This document shows, in pieces, positions 12,200 through 24,300 of a stretch of 64,000 nt of DNA (position 1 is its first letter; each line of letters begins with the position of its first letter). The notes under the pieces are model-generated. The model made no database searches. It was not told where the DNA came from and worked only from the letters and a program-made list of their open reading frames with translations. The stretch spans positions 1 to 64,000 of the forward strand of contig JAUCBJ010008068.1 in NCBI GenBank assembly GCA_032718475.1, written 5' to 3'. Source of the DNA: Nemertoderma westbladi (lineage: Eukaryota; Animalia; Xenacoelomorpha). The position numbers were made by a program, and so were the translations under genes.

Positions 12200-14520
12200 C
12201 GGACCACTTGTTTAAAATAAAATAAAATACGAACTGTAAAATACTCAACAGAAGTCGACTTATGGTACCACACTGATTATTAGTTATTTATTCACTGATT
12301 AAAAATTGGATAAATATTAATTTGTAAATATGGGACATAAAATAATATATAAAATTAAACAAGATGATGAAGATGACCGCCGCGTGACCTCAATCTTGCG
12401 CCCACTGGCTGAGCGACTTCATGTTTCCTCGGCATTCAAGAAGGTGGTAGATATTTGGAACATCGCCACATAGTTTACAGACACAATCATCACCCGGAGA
12501 ATGATACGATGAGATCGTGCAGTACTTATGGTGGAATCCATGAATGGCGAACGCAATTGATGAAAATAATTCTGGTGAAATTGACATATATTTCTCAGTA
12601 ATTACATCTAAGTATTTTTGATATTCGGAGGTATGTGGAAGATTTAATTTCCAGATGATTTCCTCAACCAGCTGTTTTTCTTCGCAGACAGCCAAGACCA
12701 CTCGATTTTTCGTCGTTTTGTGTACTCCGATGACTTTCTTTAAGTAAGATGCCTTAATTCTATCAATGTCGTGCATATTTCTTGCCGATAGGAATGGCCA
12801 GATTTCTCGAATTCCGTACTCAATTACAGGTTGAACTTTCAGATGGAATAGCGCAATGGCAGTATTGAGCGAGAGTAAATGAGGTTTATTTATGAAGTGT
12901 GCTGCTTTCATCGCTTTACATATGAGAGCGAGTATATGCTTACTAAAAGTGAGTGTCGTCTGGAATACTATACCTAGGTATTGATAAGAGTTAGATATAG
13001 ATATTGTTTGCCCGTTAAAGTATAACTTGTCGTCGGCGCACAAACGTCCACCTCGCTGGAATTTTATAACCAATGTTTTGTCCAAGTTAACGGATAAACC
13101 ATTCTCAACGCACCAGGCTGCAGTGGCATCAAGACCAGCTTGAATTACATCCCTGGAGTCACTATAAAAGCAAAGATCATCAGCGAATAGTAAGATAATT
13201 ATTTCACCTATGTACTACGCAAATCTCTTAATATAATCGACCAGATCATATATATATAAGATAAATAAAAACGGGCTTAAGGAGTCTCCCTGTAGTAGAC
13301 CTCTAGTTTGCAGGATAACTTTGGATTTCCGGAGACCATCATACATTTGAATGAAGTTTAAATCCAGAATTGCTATAATAATGTTAAGTAATTTTCCTCG
13401 AATGTTGAAATAATTTTTTAATTTAAGTAACAATTTATATCGCGGGATGGAGTCGAATGCCTTCCTAAAGTCTATGAACACGCAGTAGAGAGGCTTTCTG
13501 GGTATGGAGAGATTTAAATGAATTCTATTTATAAGTTGAGCCAGTGGCGCCGTGGTCGATTTTCCAGGCATAAACCCAAATTGTTCGATTGGGATCTTGT
13601 GAGATAGTAACTTTCTCAAGTGAGTTTCAATGAGGCCTGTAAATACCTTATAAAGATTGTACAGTAGTGAAATTCCTCTATATGCATCGGGATCGAAGCG
13701 CGAACCTTTTCCTTTAAAAATAACTTTCATGAGGCTTGTTTTCCAGTATGTTACCAGAGTTCCGGTGGATACAATCGTGTTAAACATTGAGGTTAGAATA
13801 AACAATATAACTGGGAGGGCGGTTTTCAGTAGCTCGTAGGGCACGCGGTCAGGTCCACCTGACTTACCATTTGATTTGCGATTAAAGTTTCCGATACTTC
13901 TTCCTTTGTAAAAGGCGCCATATCATCGTCGGTGTCCATCTCGAGATTCTTGTACTCATTTGCAAGCTCATTGAATGAACCTTGATCGTCACTGTCTCCA
14001 CCTAAAAGTTTTGAAAAGTGGTCCTCCCACTTATCAATCGGAAGCGGACAGCTTGATTGAGGCTTGTTCTTCTTATACCACTTGTATGGGTTTAACTCGG
14101 CATCTGTAATCAGTTTCCCTTCGATTTGTTTAGCATATTCCACTTGTTTTTGCTTTATGAGAAGTTTGTATTGTCGTTTCTCCTCGCACAGCAACGGTCT
14201 GATTGATGCTTCGGATTTTGCGGCGGTGTTGAGATTCAAGCTTTACGCATCTCGTAGCACGACGAATCAAACCATGGTTTGGCGTGGCAGCTGAATGGTT
14301 TCGATATCGGAGCAGCGTCCCTTACAGCGCTAGTAAGCGTATCGTAGGCATCGTCTAGCCTATTTTGAAGAATGAGTTCTTTGGTAAGTTCAAGTTTATC
14401 ACTGTTCTGGAGTGTTTGAATATCGACCATTCGTTTCCGCGCAGGTGTATTCACGCTCTCTGCCAATTTTGCAGTCCTTTCGTTGGCCCATTCGTTAGAT
14501 TGTGTGGTTTAGATTATTGA
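12200..14520 (-). mobile_element. Disrupted LINE ORF2, same clade as 10312-11777
   Basis: Track ORFs 14236-14466, 13826-14239, 13215-13844 and 12390-13085. YRGISL, FIDFRKAFD, QGDSLSP, LLFADD (after an in-frame TAG), HGFHHKYC...CVCKLC...H...C. Confidence 0.9.
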
Positions 14521-15663
14521 TTTATTCAATTTCGAGATATGTGGTGTGGTTTACATATTCCATCAGTAAATATAGCGGCTATAGCCGCCTTTACATCGTT
14601 AGATAGCGATGGGAGAATGTCCATCTCACTGTGGTTATGAATGTCATCCGATACAGTTCGTGTGTTGAAATGTTTGTAGCAACAAGTATATGACATATCA
14701 TAGGACATTTCGCAACATGCTTTATTCGGTTGTCTTTAATCTTGTATATAAGTTTGTCATAAGTTTGTCAGTTTTTCATATCAATGTTTTGATAGTATGT
14801 CCAAGTCCATGTCTTTTCTTCAGATATTAATTTATTTGCTTCTGCGACGGAAGAAAAGTGTGTTACACAATTAATTATATGATGAGTTCTGTGTACTGTA
14901 CCGGTGGGGCGACCAATGCGACTCCCCTCCCGCCTGGGGTGGGGGGGGGGGGTGTTTTCGGAATCGGGTTTATTGTCCGAAGCTGTATAAAACATTTGGT
15001 CCAGTACAGGTATCATATCGTCGCCCAATTGTCTGTATGAGCCATCGTCATGCCTATGTCTAATGCTTTTTAGTTTCGATTGATTCTTAAATAACTGAGA
15101 TATCGCTATGGACAGAAAGACACAAACACAGACACCCCAAGAACCAACCACACCACGTACAGTAATAGTGGTCACATAATGTCCATAGGACCATGAACAA
15201 ACAATAATGGTGCGATTTATAATGGTGTAATATATGTCTGAACATTAACAACTATATACTTTATTATTGTAAACTTTGTTACAAACTTGACATTTACCTA
15301 GCATTGGATGTCAATATGTTAAGAGAAACATTTCAAGGTGCTTTAAGTATTTTTTCAATAATGCAATAATGTGTTGAATATTTTTTCAATAATTCAATAA
15401 TGTGTTGAATGGCATGTGTTGAGTTAATTGGGATTTATCTCACCCTGGTTCGCCTTTCCAAATGGTGGGTTTCACGTTACAGATGCATGGCCAATTAACC
15501 CACTGCCATCAATGGCCATATCACATGCAATTTGGTGTGTATGATTAGAAGAGATAATTTTCTGCGTGACCATTACCAAGATCTATATTCACCTAAAGAG
15601 GATAGGAGAAAGCCGAACACACTATAGCAATAAATAATTAATATATAGAGATTATAGACCTAC

Positions 15664-15804
15664 CTGTGCAAATCATAGCATGGCCATCTCCTTGATAATT
15701 CCCCGCAAATTCAAATCCCTCATAGCAACTACAGTTATAGCTTCCGTGGGTATTGGAACAATTGTGATCGCAATCATGTAAATTTTCCATACATTCATCC
15801 ATAT
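15664..15804 (-). CDS. Exon 8: long-loop cbEGF type B' (DMDECMENLHDCDHNCSNTHGSYNCSCYEGFEFAGNYQGDGHAMICT)
   Basis: gtttag / G|gtaggt, 141 nt, phase 1-1, open frame. Confidence 0.93.
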
Positions 15805-15900
15805 CTAAACAATGTACATGATTATAACATTATAATATGCGAAGATTATAGGCAAGAAGATGACATCAAATTCCACCATAATTGTATGTTTTATTTAAAA

Positions 15901-16204
15901 CTAGCTGGCAATACCCAAGGCGGGTTACCCGGTATTTCCCGATAATTATATTGCTAGGCCTACGTAATGCAGAATGCAGTACACCATTAATGTGTACGGT
16001 AATTAAAAAAAACCGGGCCGGTACCGGTTCCGCCAATAACCGGTACCGAACGTGAAATAAACTTTTCGAAAAGTGGCCTATAATGAGCGCTCGTTAAAGT
16101 TATACACACATGCCAAGTCCCAGCGCAATCCCTCTGTCCGTTTTGGATGAGTTCGAGCACAACAGATAGACACAGAGAGAAAATTTGACTTTTATAGGTA
16201 TAGA
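15901..16204 (-). mobile_element. Non-autonomous Helitron
   Basis: Minus strand A|TCTATACCTATA ... subterminal hairpin ACCC-GCCTT-GGGT ... CCAGCTAG|T: 5'-TC, 3'-CTAG, A/T target, no TSD. Absent from the paralogous intron near 8970. Confidence 0.8.
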
Positions 16205-16209
16205 TAATA

Positions 16210-16879
16210 CAACTACTACTAGGTCGAGCGAACTCAGACAGTGGAAATTAGATCCTTCCAGGCTTCCCGATTCTCCATAGTTGTCGCAATTTCGTTTCTC
16301 CCAAGTTCAGTATCCCTTTCAAGTTGATCTATATATGTTATGGCCGGTCGTCCACGACTTCGCTTTCCATGAGTTGGTTGCCAGAGAAGTAGATCTGGTA
16401 TGACCTCGTCTTTACTTCGCCAGCAGTGCCCACTGAATCTTAATCTGCGTTCATGGAGGGTGGTTGATACAGGTGGTATTGTACCATAAAGCTCAGCGTT
16501 TGTCATGTGTTGTCTCCAGCTGATGTTTAGGGCTGCCCTTAGTAGTCTTGTGTAGCAACCATCAATTCGTTGTTCAAGTGATTTAGTCAGTGTCCAGGTC
16601 TCACCCCCGTATAAAAATACACTTTCCACTGTGGCTCGAAAGAACTTAGTCTTCAGGTGCCTGGAGAGATCTGATTTCCAGATGGTATCAATTTTTGATA
16701 GAGCTACCCAAGCCTTTGCTTTCCTAACTTATATGTCCTTTTTGCTACTCTCTATCCATGATCCAAGGTACTGGAAGTCGTCGACCTTCCTTAGTTGATT
16801 ATTATCAATGGTTGTCAAGTTTCCATCAACATTAAAGGTCATGAATTCGGTCTTGGTAGCATTTATATGCAATCCAACA
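16210..16879 (-). mobile_element. 5'-truncated RTE-clade LINE with (TAG)n tail and 10-bp TSD
   Basis: FQYLGSW, ESVFLYGGETW, RLRFSGHCWR, RGRP. TSD ATAGATAATA at 16200-16209 and 16880-16889. Confidence 0.9.
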
Positions 16880-17079
16880 ATAGATAATATCTATGAATAT
16901 TGACCATATGATATGTGGATTCCATTGTTATGGAAAAATTTATTCTATAATTGAAATATTGACACTAATGCTGACACATATTCCATAAATATAGAGCTGT
17001 AACTTAAAAAATTAAAATCGTTTGGTGACGGTGAAATATCTTTCCTTCTCCTTTTTCCTCATGAAGCATTTTTTTACAG

Positions 17080-17684
17080 GTTCTTTGTAAGAACTGTTAT
17101 GGAGAAACTAACGTATGGTACTGATATGAAGGTGATTCTTTGTAAGAACTGTTATGGAGAACTAACATATGGTACTGATATGAAGGTGATTCTTTGTAAG
17201 AACTGTTATGGAGAACTAACATATGGTACTGATATGAAGGTGATTCTTTGTAAGAACTGTTATGGAGAACTAACATATGGTACTGATATGAAGGTGATTC
17301 TTTGTAAGAACTGTTATGGAGAACTAACATATGGTACTGATATGAAGGTGATTCTTTGTAAGAACTGTTATGGAGAACTAACATATGGTATTGATATGAA
17401 GGTGATTCTTTGTAAGAACTGTTATGGAGAACTAACATATGGTACTGATATGAAGGTGATTCTTTGTAAGAACTGTTATGGAGAACTAACATATGGTACT
17501 GATATGAAGGTGATTCTTTGTAAGAACTGTTATGGAGAACTAACATATGGTACTGATATGAAGGTGATTCTTTGTAAGAACTGTTATGGAGAACTAACAT
17601 ATGGTACTGATATGAAGGTGATTCTTTGTAAGAACTGTTATGAAGAACTAACATATGGTACTGATATGAAGGTGATTCTTTGTA
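17080..17684. repeat. 54-bp minisatellite, short allele (about 11 units): TTCTTTGTAAGAACTGTTATGGAGAACTAACATATGGTACTGATATGAAGGTGA
   Basis: Direct reading; near-perfect units. Confidence 0.98.
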
Positions 17685-17871
17685 CAACTTGCATTATACA
17701 ACTCGGTTATTTATTCTAAAGTTCTCACGGTTTTATTTTTCTAATCATCTCATATCACAATAATTCTAAAACAACTATTCATTAAAATATACAGTAATTG
17801 TAAACAATCAGTGGCAAATTTTGACATTCCAGCTAAAGCTAAAGGTTCTTGTTGGTATTGCATTATTAGAC

Positions 17872-18075
17872 ATAATTGCAGTGATCTACTGCCACATACC
17901 TACAGTACTGGTCAGCAATAACGATAATAACCTTTTAGATAATTGCAGTGATCTACTGCCACTTACCTACAGTACAGGTCAGTAATAACGATGATAACCT
18001 TTTAGATAATTGCAGTGATCTACTGCCACATACCTACCGTACTGGTCAGCAATAACGATAATAACACTTTAGATA
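17872..18075. repeat. 67-bp tandem repeat x3
   Basis: ATAATTGCAGTGATCTACTGCCAC starts at 17872, 17939 and 18006. Confidence 0.92.
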
Positions 18076-18254
18076 AGAAACATGTTGATAATATTTATGT
18101 CGACTTAGAAAGTGATCGAAATGTTGGTAGATACAAAATTTTTCCATTGGAATAATCAACTTGATCTATTTACTTTCAGGGGCGAGCCGGAAGGAGAATA
18201 CAATAATACTAGGTATATATAAATATATATAATATATAGAGATTATGTACCTAC

Positions 18255-18392
18255 CTGTGCAGTTTATACCTTGACCATGTCCTTGATACCCTCCCTCAAA
18301 TTCGAATCCTGCATAGCAACTGCAGTTATAGGTACCTGGTATATTGTCACACATATGATGGCAATCATGCATATTTATACATTCATTGTAAT
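18255..18392 (-). CDS. Exon 7: long-loop cbEGF type A (DYNECINMHDCHHMCDNIPGTYNCSCYAGFEFEGGYQGHGQGINCT)
   Basis: atttag / G|gtaggt, 138 nt, phase 1-1. Nucleotide-identical to 51157-51294. Confidence 0.93.
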
Positions 18393-18769
18393 CTAAATAA
18401 TGCAAATGGTTAAAACATAATAATATGCAGAGATTATAGGCAAGAAAAATATGGACATATCTATATTGGTTGACTCATGTTCTTGACCAGTCATTGGTAT
18501 ACTGTATTAGGACAATCCTTCTGTGTGCCCAAGTCCTATACACATATACCAGCAGCGGATAGGAAAAGTGAAAAATACAACTTATATTCATATTTGCTGG
18601 TTACAACTTATATATAATTTATTGTTAAAATTGACATAATTTACCTCTTTTTATATATTTTACCACCGGCAAATTGTATTACTTAATTTACTGCGATGTA
18701 CGTTCCATTCAGCATTGTATTCTGTATCTTACTCCAACTTCCAGGACAGCCAATTGTGAAGTAGTCATG

Positions 18770-19297
18770 CTTCAAAAGAAGTAGATAGATCGGCATTGTG
18801 GAGTAATCTGATTGCTTTTGGGTTTTGGGGTATAGTACTTGCAAAAGCTTTTATAAAGATGTAAAATCTCGGGTACTGGTGGTTAATGAGTATCTAAGGA
18901 AATTGACTGCTAACTGGAACTTGACTTCGGCTGAATGCTTATCCTATTTGCTATTCCTATTTGCTTTGTTCATTAATGAATTGGAGGCTAAGCTTTCAAG
19001 TGGTGGCTTTGATGGTGTTACGAATGGATGTTTGAAACTAATTATTTTGCTATTTGCAGACGATATTATTATAATAGCTGAAACTGAAAGTCGTTTACAA
19101 AGGTCCCTAAATCTTATGAGCTCATATTGTAGCAGCTTCAACATAGAGATCGGGGAGGTGTTTAGAAGTGGCAGACCCCTGCGAGAAAACAATCACTGGT
19201 CAGTGGATGGTTATTAGCTGAAAGTGGTAAATCAATATATTTATTTAGGCGCCCCCCTTCTCAAGTAGCTGTAAATTATCTTTGGGACAGTCGCATC
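18770..19297 (+). mobile_element. Degenerate LINE RT fragment, cut by the duplication junction
   Basis: ECLS..LFALFINEL, LLFADD, YIYLG. The paralogue at 51670 continues past this point. Confidence 0.85.
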
Positions 19298-19406
19298 ATT
19301 ATATGTTGAGTTCTGTGTACTGTACCGGTGGGGCGACCAATGCGACTACACTTCCCCCTGGGGTGGGGTGTTTTTGGAATCTGGTTTATTGTCCGAAGCT
19401 GTATAT

Positions 19407-20938
19407 AACACATTCGTGTGGCCTTCGCGCAGCACGAGGATCAGTTATGAGATACAAATTAAAATTGAGCAATTCTAACACAAAATCTGTATTTAAGAAA
19501 TTAACCAAACCGCAAACAAATCATAAGAGGGGAAAGTTACTCGCTTTCAACCCCCCCCCCCCCCCCCCCCCCCCCCTAATCTGCACCGCAACCCAAAGGT
19601 ACACAGAAGATTGTTCACAGGCAGGTATTAACAGAAAATTGGTGTTTTAAAAGTAATATATTTTAGGCGTGGAGGCGACCCAATTTATAAGGAATATTAT
19701 AACTTACCTTATGACGTTTTACTGTAGTATTGATACTGAAATATTAATTTACCATGTTGATGTCACAACAAAATTATTTAGCTATATTTATTCTAAAGAA
19801 TCTCCATTAAATACTCAGCCAATCATTTTGCGAGATAAACCATTAGCAAGCTGTCTTATTACTCTAGGGCCTAACACTATTGCATGTCCTATATATTTAC
19901 ACCTAGCTGGAATAGTGGTGAGGTGGAACTGGTCGGACTGATTCCTAGCCCGGCAAACACACCGGACGTGTTCTAGCACATATCTGATGTTTCAGCTAAA
20001 TCAGTGATTGCACTTTGAGACATTTTGCCCTCTAGCGGCAGACTAGAGAACTACAGACAGATGAGCCTCCTTTGAATGACACAGTTAATGGTCTAGTACA
20101 AATATGCCAAGTTTCAGCTAGACGGGTTTAAACAAAGAAATTGAGTATTAATAGCTAGACATGTAGCCCTCTAGCGAGAGACTGAGGATTTGATGGTGTC
20201 TGGAAGTCCCTAAAAAACAAAACTTATGGTCTTATTGATGCCTACTAATTTTAGACTCGAAAGCTTTAAATCCGACGAAGATATAAGTAAGTCAAAATCG
20301 TAGCGACGATGATGACATACAGTACAATTATTGAATGAACTATTTGCCATAATTGACCTACCCCCCTAAGAGATAGCGCCAGTTCGCAAAGGCTCCGCCA
20401 ACTTCGTGGCTCGGACCCTATACCCCATGCTATAAAATGTATTCGATCGATATACAATTATATATTAATCCGCTAGGTGGTGTCAAATTATTATTCTGCA
20501 ATTTCGTACTTGTACAGTACAGCAGTACCGTACCGGTAGGCCTATGTCATTACTTCGGAGTCTCTAGCCGATCCCCAATTAAATGTCTTAACTTTTCAAT
20601 TTCGTAGAAGATAGACTTTATGATTCTCTACAAGCAACCAAAATTTCAGCTCTGGAAAATGAGGCGTTCCCGAGAAATTTAACATTTTCTAAAAACCACA
20701 TAATCTGTCGTAGCTGATGTCAGACTGCATGATTTTTCACCAAACTTTACAAAATTTCTAAAATTTCCCTCTACTACTTACCTACTAAGTTTGGTTCAAT
20801 TTCAAATCAGCGATGCCGAGAAATTCGCGTTCAAAGATTTACCTGACAGACAGAAGGACGGATAGACAGATGGACATGCCCCATTTTCCCTATATGAACC
20901 GTATGCCAAGGCTCGCCGACTACGTGTCTTGCCCCATA
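19407..20938 (-). mobile_element. About 1.5-kb non-coding insertion resembling a Helentron-associated (HINE/DINE-1-like) element
   Basis: Absent in copy 1 (AACATTTGGT is contiguous there). On the minus strand: GTCC/GTCT microsatellite near the 5' end, TCGTG...CACGA stem-loop near the 3' end, no clear TSD. Boundaries approximate. Confidence 0.6.
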
Positions 20939-21366
20939 TTTGGTCCAGTACAGGTATCATATCGTCGCCCAATTGTCTGTATGAGCCATCGTCATGCCTA
21001 TGTCTAATGCTTTTTAGTTTCGATTGATTCTTAAATAACTGAGATATCGCTATGGACAGAAAGACACAAACACAGACACCCCAAGAACCAACCACACCAC
21101 GTACAGTAATAGTGGTCACATAATGTCCATAGGACCATGAACAAACAATAATGGTGCGATTTATAATGGTGTAATATATGTCTGAACATTAACAACTATA
21201 TACTTTATTATTGTAAACTTTGTTACAAACTTGACATTTACCTAGCATTGGATGTCAATATGTTAAGAGAAACATTTCAAGGTGCTTTAAGTATTGTTGC
21301 AATAAGGCAATAATGTGTTGAATATTTTTTCAATGATGCAATAATGTGTTGAATGGCATGTGTTGA

Positions 21367-24300
21367 TGCCATACCAAATTGCAATTCCTATGCCAAACTG
21401 TTTTCAGGCTTTTTAGTAATTATAATATAATATTTTTACAAGAAACAAAGGCCGGTTACCGTTTTTGTGTACCAGGTTTTACTATTTTACACAACCCTAG
21501 CCATAATAGTGATAGGGGTGGTTTTGCAGTACTGATCCAAAACAGATTAAAAATTAAAGAGTTCTGTACGGATACAAATGAAGTAATTTGGTTTACTTTA
21601 TTGGATTTTCCATCCATAGATTATGCATGCTCATACATTGCACCAACTGATTCACGTTATTATGACCCCTTTGTATGGGCAGATATTCAGTCACACATAT
21701 TTGATACCAGTGGCAGCCGTTCTGTTATACTTTTGGGTGATTTTAATGCACGGGTTGGGAATTTACTTTCAACCAATGTAGTTAAACTACCCAGTGGTGC
21801 CGATTTTAGGTACAGAAATCCCCACGATTTAACAGTGAACAGTAATGGCAAGCGTTTTTGCCAACTACTTACTGATTGTGATCTATTGAACATTAGTTAT
21901 GGGTGTTTCGGTAATATTATGTTTGGTGGTGCCTTAACATACCATAGGAAAGGAAAACATATTTCTGAGCTTGACCGTGCTGCGGTCAGCACTAACTTTA
22001 TTAGTAACATCACTGCTTTTGGTGTAGTTGATCAGAGGTTGCCCTCTGACCATAATGCCATTTATTTGAATGTGAAACTTGATAATATACCTACCGCAGT
22101 ATATTTACTGGCTCGCTCACTTTGGCTTGGTAGTTATTCTGAATTTTGTGAAAAAGCCCCTAAGCCTTCATGTAGGAAACCCATAAAACCACGCCAATTG
22201 GTGCCGACTATATTTCGTTCGTCGCTCAGTGTCATGGAACCAAACATGCAGCACACAATTGCCCAAGATATTACTATTGCATCTGAAGCCTTTGTAGCTG
22301 CAATTTATTCCGCTGCTAGTTCTGCATGTGTTTCCACCAGTAAAGGTATTCCTGTCCATTTCTCAGGTAATGCTTTCAGTCAACCCAACCAGGTATGGAA
22401 TGAACTAGCCTATAGCTGCAATGAGCGCACTATTTGGAACCGAATAAACTGGAAGGGTGGTCTCGAACCTAGTACATCGTCCTCCCACAGCGATAATAAA
22501 CCGACTGATATAGAATTTGCAGAACATTTTGAGAAACTGTTGTGCACTGACCCGGCATCTACATTGGATGATCCTGTCCTCACTCATGACTGTCCATTTA
22601 TCCCATTGCTTGATTCGCCAATAAACATCAATGAAGTTTCAGTCGGAATTAATTCATTGAAGCCTAACAAAGCCGCAGGGCCGGATGGTGTTTCCCCAGG
22701 AATTCTCAAATTCCTACCTTATAGATGGTTATTGTTTCTTCTATCTTTGTTTAATTCAATATTCCTTGGCTCCACTTTCCCCACATCTTGGTGTCAGTCC
22801 CGCCTGGTGGCTGTTTTCAAACGTGAGTCACGTATAATTTGCACTAATTATCGTGGTATTTCCATCCTGAATGCGATCGCAAAATTATATGACTGGATTC
22901 TCTGTCAGCGCCTTTCTCAATGGTGTGCACCAGATATTGAGCAAGCTAGTGCCCAATCAAAACGCCAATGCGAGGAACATATTTTAACTCTCCACTTATT
23001 GATTAACTATGCCACTTTCAAGAGGTGTAAACTGTTCATAATCTTTGTAGATTTTGCCACTACCTATGATCGAGTCTCCCGCCATAAATTATTGCAGTTA
23101 CTTAAATCCATGGGTTGTGGCGGTGTTATGCTAAGGGCGCTTATGGCATTATATAGATCTACAGTAAGTGTGATAGGATCCTCACTTATACAAAGTATTT
23201 GCGGTGTTCTGCAGGGTGTACCCGGTAGTTGTAGATTGTTTGCGTTCTATATAAATCCTCTGATCACACGACTGAAGCAATGTACTGATGACGGATTCCT
23301 GAAGGCTCTTCATTGTCTTCTTCTAACAGATGATTCGGCCTTGTTAGCAACTTCTCGTGTACGAGCTCTTGAGAAACTGAATATCCTTCTTAAATTTTGT
23401 GAGGACTTTAACATGTCTATAAATCTTTCGAAGACTAAGTTCATGGTCATCAACGGCAGTACACACGATAAAGTCGATCTCGTTGTTTCATCCAATATCT
23501 CTAACATTATTGTAAAGAATTCAAAGTCCTACATATACTTAGGCGCATCAATCAGTGAAGCCGGGGGTATCAACCAATCTGTTGTACTACATGCAAAGGA
23601 AAAAACCAAACATGTATCTAAATACCACGCCTTCCTTAATAAACATTCCATTAGCCCTCTATGGGTTAAACTTTTAGTTTTTGATGCAGCTGTGACTTCA
23701 GCAATCTTTTATAGCTGTGAGACTTGGCTAGGCGCAAACATTACCCCAACTTCATCGCAATACTTCAGTATGCTCAAGTCTGCGATTGGTGTCCGCAGCC
23801 AGACCTGTCATGATATATTGTTAATTGAGACAGGTCGCCCTTCACCAAAGACTCTGATTGAAACACGGCAACGCAAGTTTCTGAAGGCAATGTTAGCTCA
23901 CCCCGACCTACACGGCCCATTATTCTTTGCACTAGACCTTGTGAGAGGTACAAACAGCGGAATGGGTAAAGCTATTACCATGCAGTTGGACTCATTAGAC
24001 CGGAATTGTGTTTTGATAGACCGTGAGGCCATCGTAAATCACATTAATTGTAGTACCACTACCCGCCGCAGCGTGTACCGTTCTTTGAACCCAACACTAA
24101 CTTCACACGCATTGTATAATTCTAGAATTTTAGGACTTTCGGAGGCTGCGAGACTGTCATGGTCTAGATTTAGGCTAATGTCTACGCACCTAGCAGTGGA
24201 AACTGGTCGTTGGTCGCGTCTGCCAGCCGAATTAAGGATGTGTAAGTGCGGTTCGATACAAACCGAAATACATATATGTGAGTGCCAGTTACTAGCCACC

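Larger units (their letters stand above)
14874..19297. repeat. Tandem segmental duplication, copy 1 (4.4 kb; two EGF exons, Helitron, RTE piece, short 54-bp array, 67-bp repeat, LINE piece)
   Basis: Collinear with 19298-52198 once the copy-2 insertions and array expansion are removed. Junction ...CAGTCGCATC|ATTATATG... at 19297/19298. Confidence 0.92.

Noticed and set aside
14768-21119. Twin ORFs beginning MTTITVRGVVGSWGVCVC
   Set aside because: Their identity reflects the segmental duplication; no domain or splice support, and the C-termini differ at an insertion.
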